A DNA stretch of 64,000 nucleotides from an uncultured archaeon (GTDB lineage: Archaea; Aenigmatarchaeota; Aenigmatarchaeia; PWEA01; JAGHBM01), in the NCBI GenBank assembly GCA_964584335.1, contig CAZOZN010000001.1, forward strand, positions 243,882-307,881, written 5' to 3'. This document shows, in pieces, positions 56,637 through 64,000 of the stretch. Below the pieces are notes generated by a model. That model worked only from the letters and a program-made list of their open reading frames with translations, ran no database searches and was not told the DNA's origin. The translations under genes and the position numbers were made by a program. Within the stretch, counting starts at the first letter, position 1. Each line of letters opens with the position of its first letter.

Positions 56637-57746
56637 TCACTTCTTATTTTTCTTAACTCTTCTTCTCTCTTCAATCACCATTATGGGAGGTACCACGCCC
56701 AGTGCGGCTACCAGGGAATAGAAAACTCCGAAAGTCAGTGCCACAGAGAAATCCTGTAAGAAAGTAAGAGTTGCTGTAAGAAGAGCAAGAAAACCTATTA
56801 TTGTTGTGAATGATGTTAAGGTAAGCCCTTTTCCTACATGCACTACAGCATTAGTAATTGCTTCTTCCGCGGGGTATTTTTTCCTGTCCTCCTTGAACCT
56901 ATGTATTATATGTATTGCAAAATCTATTCCAAGACCTATAATTATAGAAAAAACTCCGGTTAATGGTGGTGATAAAGGTATCCCAACATAACCAAGAGTG
57001 CCAAAGGTCCATATCGTGGAAAGTATTATAGGGACCACCGCTATTCCCACGAAAGTTATTCTCCTAAAGAATAGATATAATATTACAAAAACCGCTAAAA
57101 ATCCTATGAATGTAACATAGCTAGTTCTTCCGCCCAGACTTCTTCCTATTTCCTCTCCAAGAAATGCAGAACCGGCAAAATCAACTTTCATCCCCAGCGG
57201 TCTTTCGGAAAAGTATACTGTGTTTCTTATATAATTATTTAGCTGGTCTCTTTCAAAATCTGGCATATCTGCCATCAAAGAGAAAGTCATTATTGCAACT
57301 CTCTTGTCTTTGGTGATGAAATCCCCGGATTGTGGATTTTCTTCAAGAAAATAATTTATTTCTTTCTGTGAAAGAGATATGTCAACTAAATCTGTAACGC
57401 TTCTCTTGTTTAGTACAAATTCGTTTTCTTCTATTTGATTTCCTATATTTTCCATTGATTCTAAAATCCTTTTATCCCTTATATCGCTAACACTCATGGG
57501 ATCTTTTTCTTCAAGCCTGAATATGAGAATTACGCTTTCTCCGCCTCTCCCTATTTTGTCTCTTATTTTATTAAGGGAAATAATAGTATCTATGTCCTCT
57601 GGAAGCTGGCTTTCTTCGCTTGTTTCGTTTTCTATGAGAGAAAACCCGGTCGATATTATAATTGTGAATATCAGGAAAGCTGCTATAAAAGTCTTAGGTC
57701 TTTTGTTTTCTAGTTTTGCAAGTTTATCAAGATATTTTTCAATCAT
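56637..57746 (-). CDS. MMPL/RND exporter half-subunit
   Basis: IGLGIDFAIHIIHRF, TTIIGF. Confidence 0.88.
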   Translation of the reverse strand: MIEKYLDKLAKLENKRPKTFIAAFLIFTIIISTGFSLIENETSEESQLPEDIDTIISLNKIRDKIGRGGESVILIFRLEEKDPMSVSDIRDKRILESMENIGNQIEENEFVLNKRSVTDLVDISLSQKEINYFLEENPQSGDFITKDKRVAIMTFSLMADMPDFERDQLNNYIRNTVYFSERPLGMKVDFAGSAFLGEEIGRSLGGRTSYVTFIGFLAVFVILYLFFRRITFVGIAVVPIILSTIWTFGTLGYVGIPLSPPLTGVFSIIIGLGIDFAIHIIHRFKEDRKKYPAEEAITNAVVHVGKGLTLTSFTTIIGFLALLTATLTFLQDFSVALTFGVFYSLVAALGVVPPIMVIEERRRVKKNKK

Positions 57747-58936
57747 TTTAACTGCCTCTTTATTTCATCCTTTAGAAATACATGCAACCAATCCCTTATG
57801 GAAAGCAACGAGGGCAGGAAGAATATTGATAAAATCATTGCATAGAAAATTCCAAGGCTTAGCGCTATCCCCATGTCTGAAAGAAACGGAATTCCTGAAA
57901 GAGTGAGCGCCAGAAAAGAAGCTATTGTAGTTATCGCCGTCCCGACTATGGCTCTTCCTACCCTGTCTACAGCAACACCGTAACATATGAAGCATGTCTT
58001 CATACATCCGTCATAATCCCCTTCTATGCAAATCTTTCTTGAATCGTCTCTCCTCCTGCTTCTCTCTTCGTTATAACGGTTTATTATATGTATGGCATAA
58101 TCTATCCCAATGCCCACGATAAGAGAGCCTACAACAACCGTGACTATAGAAAGCGGAACTCCTATAATAACCATTGTACCCGCAGTCCAGATAAATGCAA
58201 GGAAGAGTATTGATATAGAGAAAATTCCTCTTAGAATTGAACGGTAAGATATCATAAGAGTTAGAAATATCAAAACTCCCGCTATTGCAAGAGTTTTATA
58301 CAAATCATCAAATATCAAATCAGAAACTATTTTGCCTATTAAAGGGCCTCCTGTAACCGAGAGAGAAACGCTCCCAGGAAAACCTATGCTTTCTACCTCA
58401 TTTTCTATCTCTTCTACCACTTCTTCTATTTCCTCAAGCTCTATTTTTCCGTTTAGTCTCACTGTAACTATAGTGGTGCTATAGTCACTGCTAAAAAGCC
58501 CGGAATCGCCGTTAAAAATATTTTTTATATCCTCCTGGTTTTCAGGTATCCCTCCGGTTCTTAATAGAAGTATGTCGGGAGGGCCAAAAACTTCATTCAC
58601 GTTGGGGTCCTTTCTCAGAAGCTCTTCCATCAGATTTAAGTCTTTCATGACTTCAGAATTTCTTATATCTGTTATTTTACTTTCAAAAGATTTTTCCGTG
58701 TTAAGCTCTACCAGTATGAATATGTTATCTGTCTCTGAAAAAACCTCTGCCAAGAAATTCTGGTTTTCAAGTGCTGGAAGATCCTGGGGAAGTGACTTAT
58801 AGAAGTCTGTCTCTACATCTATTTTTACAGCGTTAAGACCCATAAAAAGGGTTATTATTATTGCAACAGAAAGAATAGTCTCGGGGTGTTTTGCGGCAAA
58901 TTCCCCATATTTCTGAAGGAGAGTTTTCTCGGGCAT
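57743..58936 (-). CDS. MMPL/RND exporter half-subunit
   Basis: VGIGIDYAIHIINRY, TTIASF. Confidence 0.88.
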   Translation of the reverse strand: MPEKTLLQKYGEFAAKHPETILSVAIIITLFMGLNAVKIDVETDFYKSLPQDLPALENQNFLAEVFSETDNIFILVELNTEKSFESKITDIRNSEVMKDLNLMEELLRKDPNVNEVFGPPDILLLRTGGIPENQEDIKNIFNGDSGLFSSDYSTTIVTVRLNGKIELEEIEEVVEEIENEVESIGFPGSVSLSVTGGPLIGKIVSDLIFDDLYKTLAIAGVLIFLTLMISYRSILRGIFSISILFLAFIWTAGTMVIIGVPLSIVTVVVGSLIVGIGIDYAIHIINRYNEERSRRRDDSRKICIEGDYDGCMKTCFICYGVAVDRVGRAIVGTAITTIASFLALTLSGIPFLSDMGIALSLGIFYAMILSIFFLPSLLSIRDWLHVFLKDEIKRQLK

Positions 58937-58948
58937 AAAACCACGAAT

Positions 58949-60265
58949 TTATTCTTCGATAACTCTCTCCTTTTTTTGGTTGATTCTCTTAAATAAAATA
59001 CCCTTCTTCCATATGTAGAGACCTACTATTATCAATATAGATATTATTATTACCGTTATCACAGAATTATTTACTCTTTCTCTTACAACATCCAATTGTA
59101 TTGTTTCAGTCTCGGTATAAACCTCGCCATCATCCAAATACCTTATTTCCAAGTCTAGGAAATACTTCTTAAGTACTGCATCCTCATCTACTGTAAAATC
59201 AAAAACAACCTCTCCTGTTTGGTTTTCCTTGAGATTTCCTATAAAATCGTATACTTCCTCGAATTCAAAAGGCTGGGTGGATTCTCTAAAAACTTTTACG
59301 CTAACACTGTTAGCTTCTTCCTCTCCATCATTTTTTACCATTATTCTTATTTCTCCGGAATCTCCCTGTGAAAGACTCGAAGGATTTACGACTGTTTCTC
59401 CTCTTACGATGTAACCAGTGAAAGAATCAGATGAAGTTCCGGTTCCTGCCCTGACTTCTTCTACATTGAGAATTGGTGATTTTTTTACATTTATTTCCAA
59501 GTCAATTTCCTGGCTAACATATTCTTCCCATTGGTTATTGTCATACTTGTATCTTACCACCAGCTTCGCTTTGTGTATACCGGGCTCGGTTTCTTTATCC
59601 ACATCCATATAGAAAACCGCGCTTTTTGAGGAGTCTTTGCCAAAATTTCCCAGAGAATATGAATCAGAATAGCTGTCACTAGGCTCAAATCCTTCAGGCA
59701 AAATCAACTTAGTGCTTACCAAATCTGCATCTCCTTCTCCAACATTCTGTATTTCAACATCCATTTTTACCTCTTCCATCCCGGATTTTATATCTTCAGG
59801 AAAAGATTTTATTCTGCTTACGGCGAATTCTGGGTTTTTTGATTCTACGTCTACAGTTATTTTTTTCGTTACGTATGTATTATCTTCCAATCCATCTGTA
59901 TCGCAGATTAATTTAAGTTCATTTTCTCCCCTGACAGCATTAGAATCGATTCTTACCTTATATTCAAGAAGAAAATCTTCTCTGTAGCCTAACTTGCCTA
60001 TTTCCCTTACCGGGTCTTCGTTCGGATCAAGTGAGAAAGGGTATTCAGGATTTAACTTACAAACCACGTTTTCTGCATCTATTACTCCCTGATTTTCAAC
60101 TTTTAAGAAAAGCTTCATATATTTACCGGCTTCCGCAGGAAAGGGTTCGTATTTCATTTCTATTATTCTCAAGCTTGGTAAATTGGTATCCGCAACAGCA
60201 AAAGAATAAGAAAAAAAGCTGGTTATAAATAAAGAAATCATAAATACAAAAATATATTTTTTCAT
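58949..60265 (-). CDS. COG1361-type S-layer-domain protein
   Basis: Signal peptide, repeated VxNxG Ig-like domains, C-terminal TM; typical partner of archaeal RND/ABC exporters. Confidence 0.8.
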   Translation of the reverse strand: MKKYIFVFMISLFITSFFSYSFAVADTNLPSLRIIEMKYEPFPAEAGKYMKLFLKVENQGVIDAENVVCKLNPEYPFSLDPNEDPVREIGKLGYREDFLLEYKVRIDSNAVRGENELKLICDTDGLEDNTYVTKKITVDVESKNPEFAVSRIKSFPEDIKSGMEEVKMDVEIQNVGEGDADLVSTKLILPEGFEPSDSYSDSYSLGNFGKDSSKSAVFYMDVDKETEPGIHKAKLVVRYKYDNNQWEEYVSQEIDLEINVKKSPILNVEEVRAGTGTSSDSFTGYIVRGETVVNPSSLSQGDSGEIRIMVKNDGEEEANSVSVKVFRESTQPFEFEEVYDFIGNLKENQTGEVVFDFTVDEDAVLKKYFLDLEIRYLDDGEVYTETETIQLDVVRERVNNSVITVIIISILIIVGLYIWKKGILFKRINQKKERVIEE

Positions 60266-60323
60266 TCTAACACCCTTGGTTATAATAATAAGATACCAAA
60301 AGGATTTAAGTTAGTTAGAGAAA

Positions 60324-61214
60324 TTATAAGAATCCTTCTTCTTTTAATATTTTCTTTGCCTTTAGAGCACTTTTCTCTTTGTCCTTTATCTCCATCATGA
60401 GGTCAAAATCTATTCCTTTTACTTTCCTGACAAATTCAACAAAATGTTTCCCGTCTATACTTTTTGAATGGCTTCCTCTTCTTCCGTTAGTCTGCTGACT
60501 GGAATAATCAACCATCATTTTCCCGTCTTTTTTATTCCAAGTTCCAGATGCTAATTTCATAGCCGAAGCCAATTTTTCATTATTGTTAAGACATTCATGA
60601 TGGAATGTATCGAAAACCACCGGTATTTTTATCTTTTTACTTACTTCAAGACAGTCTCTGAGGCTGTATATGTGATCGTCATTTTCTATCACAAGTCTTT
60701 TCTTGATTTTTTTGCTCAGTCTCTCGTAACGGTCGACAAATCTTTCCTTTGACCTTTTTTTATCACCGTACATGCCTCCCAAATGAATCTGTACCTTGGC
60801 TTTGCTGTCAAGAGACATAGCGTCCAAAAGACTGCAGTGATAATCTAATTCCTTTACACTCGATTTGTATACGCTTCTTCTTGGAGAATTCAATACAACA
60901 AACTGGTCTGGGTGCATGCTTATCCTGAACTTGTATTTTTTAATAAACTTGCCTATACTTCTTAGCTCCTGAGAAAAATGAGATTCCCAATTAAATTTAC
61001 ATATTTTATGAGATGCAAAAGGAACTATACCGGAACCTATCCTAAAGAAAAAAAATCCGTGCTGTTGGTTGTATACAAGAGTTTTTTCAAGACAACCGAG
61101 ATTTTCTCTTATTTTGTATTTTAACCTGTTCTCATTATAGGACCTTAACCTTAGAGTTCTGTTTGATGTACATCCTACAGTATTGTTTATACATGGATAT
61201 CCTAATTTCATCAA
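60324..61214 (-). CDS. uvsE: UV damage endonuclease
   Basis: LGYPC, RISMHPDQF, IHLGG, IENDD, FDTFHH, MMEIKDKE. Confidence 0.93.
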   Translation of the reverse strand: MMKLGYPCINNTVGCTSNRTLRLRSYNENRLKYKIRENLGCLEKTLVYNQQHGFFFFRIGSGIVPFASHKICKFNWESHFSQELRSIGKFIKKYKFRISMHPDQFVVLNSPRRSVYKSSVKELDYHCSLLDAMSLDSKAKVQIHLGGMYGDKKRSKERFVDRYERLSKKIKKRLVIENDDHIYSLRDCLEVSKKIKIPVVFDTFHHECLNNNEKLASAMKLASGTWNKKDGKMMVDYSSQQTNGRRGSHSKSIDGKHFVEFVRKVKGIDFDLMMEIKDKEKSALKAKKILKEEGFL

Positions 61215-61220
61215 ATCTCC

Positions 61221-61580
61221 TCAAAATTCACATTCCTCACAATCCAAGCCGGGACAGTCAGAATGTCCTATTTTCCACTCTAATCCCCATCTCTTAACTT
61301 CTTTTATCACATTAAAAAAGTCTTCACCCTTCTCAGTTAATGTGTACTCTGATTTTACGGGAAACTTTTTAGCCTCTATCTTATTTTTTATTATGCCTTC
61401 TTTCTCAAGGCTTTTTAATCTAGCAGAAAGCATTTTAGGAGTTATATCAGGTATCTTCTTTTTTAACTCGGAATATCTTTTCCATTTGCTTTTCCCCTTG
61501 TATATCTCTGCTATTATTAAAACGGTCCATCTTTTCCCCATGTATTTCATTACCTCGTAAATAGGACAATCTCTTTTCAT
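61221..61580 (-). CDS. HxlR/DUF24 redox-sensing regulator
   Basis: CPI...GKRW, ITPKMLSARLKSLE, EYTLTEKG; C-terminal CxxxxCxxC. Confidence 0.9.
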   Translation of the reverse strand: MKRDCPIYEVMKYMGKRWTVLIIAEIYKGKSKWKRYSELKKKIPDITPKMLSARLKSLEKEGIIKNKIEAKKFPVKSEYTLTEKGEDFFNVIKEVKRWGLEWKIGHSDCPGLDCEECEF

Positions 61581-61615
61581 ACTATACTTTTTGAAACTCT
61601 ATTATATAAATATAA

Positions 61616-61645
61616 TTATGATACTAAGTATAATAAAGATACTAA
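61616..61645. promoter_or_regulatory. Putative HxlR-type operator
   Basis: TTATGATACTAAGTATAATAA palindrome; GTAT-N7-ATAC; GATACTAA repeated. Confidence 0.5.
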
Positions 61646-61724
61646 AGGTGATAAAAATGTTTTTTTCAGGTAAAAACTTTTATAAGCAAGATAAACTTAT
61701 AATAGGATTACGGGGGGTGTTTTA

Positions 61725-62390
61725 ATGGAAGAAGAAAAAAATTCTATGCCTTTAATAGGTGACGATTTTCCCAAGATTACTGTTCATACCACTCACGGGA
61801 GAATAAATTTACCCGATGATTACAAAGGCAAGTGGTTCGTTTTGTTCAGTCATCCTGGTGATTTTACGCCTGTATGCACTACTGAATTCGTGGCTTTTCA
61901 GAAAAGATTTGACAAGTTCAAAAAGCTAAACACAGAACTGATAGGTCTTAGCATAGACCAGGTTCACAGCCACATGAAATGGACCGAATGGATAGAAGAA
62001 AAGATGGATGTAAAAATAAAGTTTCCCATAATAGCAGATGCTATGGGTAACTTAGCAAAAAAACTTGGCATGATAAGCCCATTTAAGGGTTCTAATACTG
62101 TCAGGGCAGTTTTTGTAGTAGACTCTAACGGCAAGTTTCGTGCCATATTGTATTATCCCCAGGAACTGGGAAGAAACATGGATGAAGTGCTAAGGATAGT
62201 ACAGGCAATGCAAATTTCAGACGAAAATAAAGTTGCAATGCCGGCAAACTGGCCCAAAAATGAAATATTGGGCGACGAGGTAATAGTACCGCCTGCTTCT
62301 GATGAGGAAACCGCTAAAAAGAGGATGGAAGAAGACAAGAAAGGAAGTATAAAATGTTTTGATTGGTGGTTGTGCCACAAAAAACTTTAA
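61725..62390 (+). CDS. Peroxiredoxin (Prx6/archaeal type)
   Basis: [29 protein letters not shown]. Confidence 0.95.
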   Translation: MEEEKNSMPLIGDDFPKITVHTTHGRINLPDDYKGKWFVLFSHPGDFTPVCTTEFVAFQKRFDKFKKLNTELIGLSIDQVHSHMKWTEWIEEKMDVKIKFPIIADAMGNLAKKLGMISPFKGSNTVRAVFVVDSNGKFRAILYYPQELGRNMDEVLRIVQAMQISDENKVAMPANWPKNEILGDEVIVPPASDEETAKKRMEEDKKGSIKCFDWWLCHKKL

Positions 62391-62399
62391 AATTAAGGG

Positions 62400-62696
62400 G
62401 TGAAAAAAATGCTTTCAAAGATACCTATAGACTTGAAAAACATAAAAAAAGAGGACTTAGACAAGGAAATACTAAGAGCCGGTATAATAGCAGAATATGA
62501 TGCTATAAACCTCTACGAGCAGATGGCAGCTCTTGCACAGGACGAAAACATAAAAAAAGTTATGTTGGATGTCGCCAAGGAAGAAAAGGAGCATGTAGGT
62601 GAATTTCAGACACTTCTCCTAAAAAGAGATAAAGAGCTTGGAGAAGAAATGGAAGAAGGAAAAGAAGAGGTAGAAGAATTAACAGGAGGTGAATAA
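62400..62696 (+). CDS. Short ferritin-like protein (EncFtn/Flp-like)
   Basis: [19 protein letters not shown]. Confidence 0.85.
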   Translation: MKKMLSKIPIDLKNIKKEDLDKEILRAGIIAEYDAINLYEQMAALAQDENIKKVMLDVAKEEKEHVGEFQTLLLKRDKELGEEMEEGKEEVEELTGGE

Positions 62697-63282
62697 TCTG
62701 GAGGAAACAATAAAAAATCTGACAAAAGCCTTTATAGGCGAAAGCCAGGCCAGAAACAGATACACAATATATTCAAAAATAGCGAAAAAAGAAGGATTTG
62801 AACAGATATCTGCAGTTTTTAACGAGACCGCGGAACAGGAAAGAGAGCATGCCAAATGGCTTTTTAGGATGATAAATGACTTAAAGAAAAAGAGCGATAA
62901 GGAATGGAATCCTGTGGAAGTTACTGCAGACTCTCCCAACACGTTTGGCTGCACATCAGAAAATCTTAAAGCAGCCATAGACGGCGAGAACTATGAGCAC
63001 ACTGAAATGTATCCCGAGTTTGCAGACACAGCTGAAAAAGAAGGTTTTCCAGAAATAGCTAAAAGACTTCGCTCAATAGCCAAAGCTGAAAGCCATCACG
63101 AGCAGAGATATGCAAAGCTTTTAAAGGAAGTAGAAAACGATACTGTTTTCAAGAAAGAGAAAAAAATCTATTGGGTATGTAGAAAATGTGGATATATACA
63201 CGAAGGAGAGGAACCGCCTGAAACTTGTCCTTCTTGCAGTCACCCAAAAGCATATTTCCAAAGACAGTGTGAAGAATACTAA
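62689..63282 (+). CDS. rbr: Rubrerythrin
   Basis: [32 protein letters not shown]...CPSC. Confidence 0.95.
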   Translation: MNNLEETIKNLTKAFIGESQARNRYTIYSKIAKKEGFEQISAVFNETAEQEREHAKWLFRMINDLKKKSDKEWNPVEVTADSPNTFGCTSENLKAAIDGENYEHTEMYPEFADTAEKEGFPEIAKRLRSIAKAESHHEQRYAKLLKEVENDTVFKKEKKIYWVCRKCGYIHEGEEPPETCPSCSHPKAYFQRQCEEY

Positions 63283-63294
63283 CTGGGGGATAAA

Positions 63295-63852
63295 TTGAAA
63301 GACAGCAAACAAAAAATGCAGGTCGTTCTTGCGACCTCTTTTCTTTTTTTTATTATATTTATAATAATGATATTAGGAGGTTTTTTAGACATGAAGGGAA
63401 TAGTTACAATGGAAACCAATATGGGAACAATGAAGTTCCAATTGGAAATGGAGAAGGCACCGGTCACTAGCCAGAACTTCATAAAACTTGCAGAAGACGG
63501 TTTTTACGACGGACTAAAGTTCCACAGAGTTATAGAGGGTTTTATGATACAGGGAGGTTGTCCAAATGGTGATGGTACAGGAGGGCCTGGTTATTATATT
63601 GAGGACGAATTTCATGAAGAACTAAAACATGACAGTATAGGTATTTTGTCTATGGCCAACAGCGGACCCGACACCGGAGGCAGCCAGTTTTTCATAACTC
63701 TGGATAAGACACCGTGGCTTAACGGAAAACACGCAATATTTGGTCATATTATTGAAGGCAAAGATGTTTTAAAGAAAATAGGCTCAGTTGAAACTGACTC
63801 AACGGACAGACCCATGGAAGATGTTATAATAAAAAAAGTTACTGTTGTGTAA
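63295..63852 (+). CDS. Cyclophilin-type peptidyl-prolyl isomerase with N-terminal TM
   Basis: [30 protein letters not shown]. Confidence 0.93.
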   Translation: MKDSKQKMQVVLATSFLFFIIFIIMILGGFLDMKGIVTMETNMGTMKFQLEMEKAPVTSQNFIKLAEDGFYDGLKFHRVIEGFMIQGGCPNGDGTGGPGYYIEDEFHEELKHDSIGILSMANSGPDTGGSQFFITLDKTPWLNGKHAIFGHIIEGKDVLKKIGSVETDSTDRPMEDVIIKKVTVV

Positions 63853-63883
63853 CTGGTCAATATATTTTATGGAGGTGGAAAAA

Positions 63884-64000
63884 ATGACTGAATTAAGGCA
63901 AGTTTACAGATGCAACATATGCGGCAACATAGTGGAAGTGCTTCATGAGGGCATCGGAGAGCTAGTTTGCTGTGGCAAACCTATGGAATTGTTAAAACCA
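63884..64000 (+). CDS. Desulfoferrodoxin/desulforedoxin (partial, runs off window)
   Basis: [28 protein letters not shown]. Confidence 0.9.
   Translation, partial: MTELRQVYRCNICGNIVEVLHEGIGELVCCGKPMELLKP

Overview
Archaeal chromosome segment, AT-rich, with mostly leaderless TATA-type promoters. Gene content and style suggest a DPANN lineage such as Aenigmarchaeota (inference only). 1-17.6 kb: housekeeping block (GINS, L44e, S27e, aIF2alpha, Nop10, PAC2, RpoK, enolase, S2, RFC, AK6, HtpX, L40e, DGGGPS). It also holds a large papain-like surface protease and a methyltransferase resembling eukaryotic Bud23 along its full length. 17.6-29.0 kb: an ~11.3-kb tyrosine-integrase element inserted in an intron-containing tRNA-Thr(GGT). 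Its 17-bp att repeat nearly coincides with the tRNA 3' exon. Cargo includes PurM and two tandem cassette-like modules that share a head motif and a 28-bp tail: (i) defensin-like peptide plus transglutaminase-like protease, (ii) DUF2085 plus membrane-anchored double-PLD protein. An orphan tRNA-Gly-like 3' end lies just outside the element. 29-41 kb: hypotheticals, a cation-chloride cotransporter, and a tRNA-Pro(TGG) with two introns. 41-49 kb: Mrp-Mbh group 4 [NiFe] hydrogenase operon, interrupted by a pilin-like DUF2341/LamG gene and lacking mbhN. 49-64 kb: nuclease, Dph6, radical SAM, thiol-redox cluster, RND/MMPL exporter, UvsE and an HxlR-linked oxidative-stress cluster. All calls are by eye from motifs; no searches were run.
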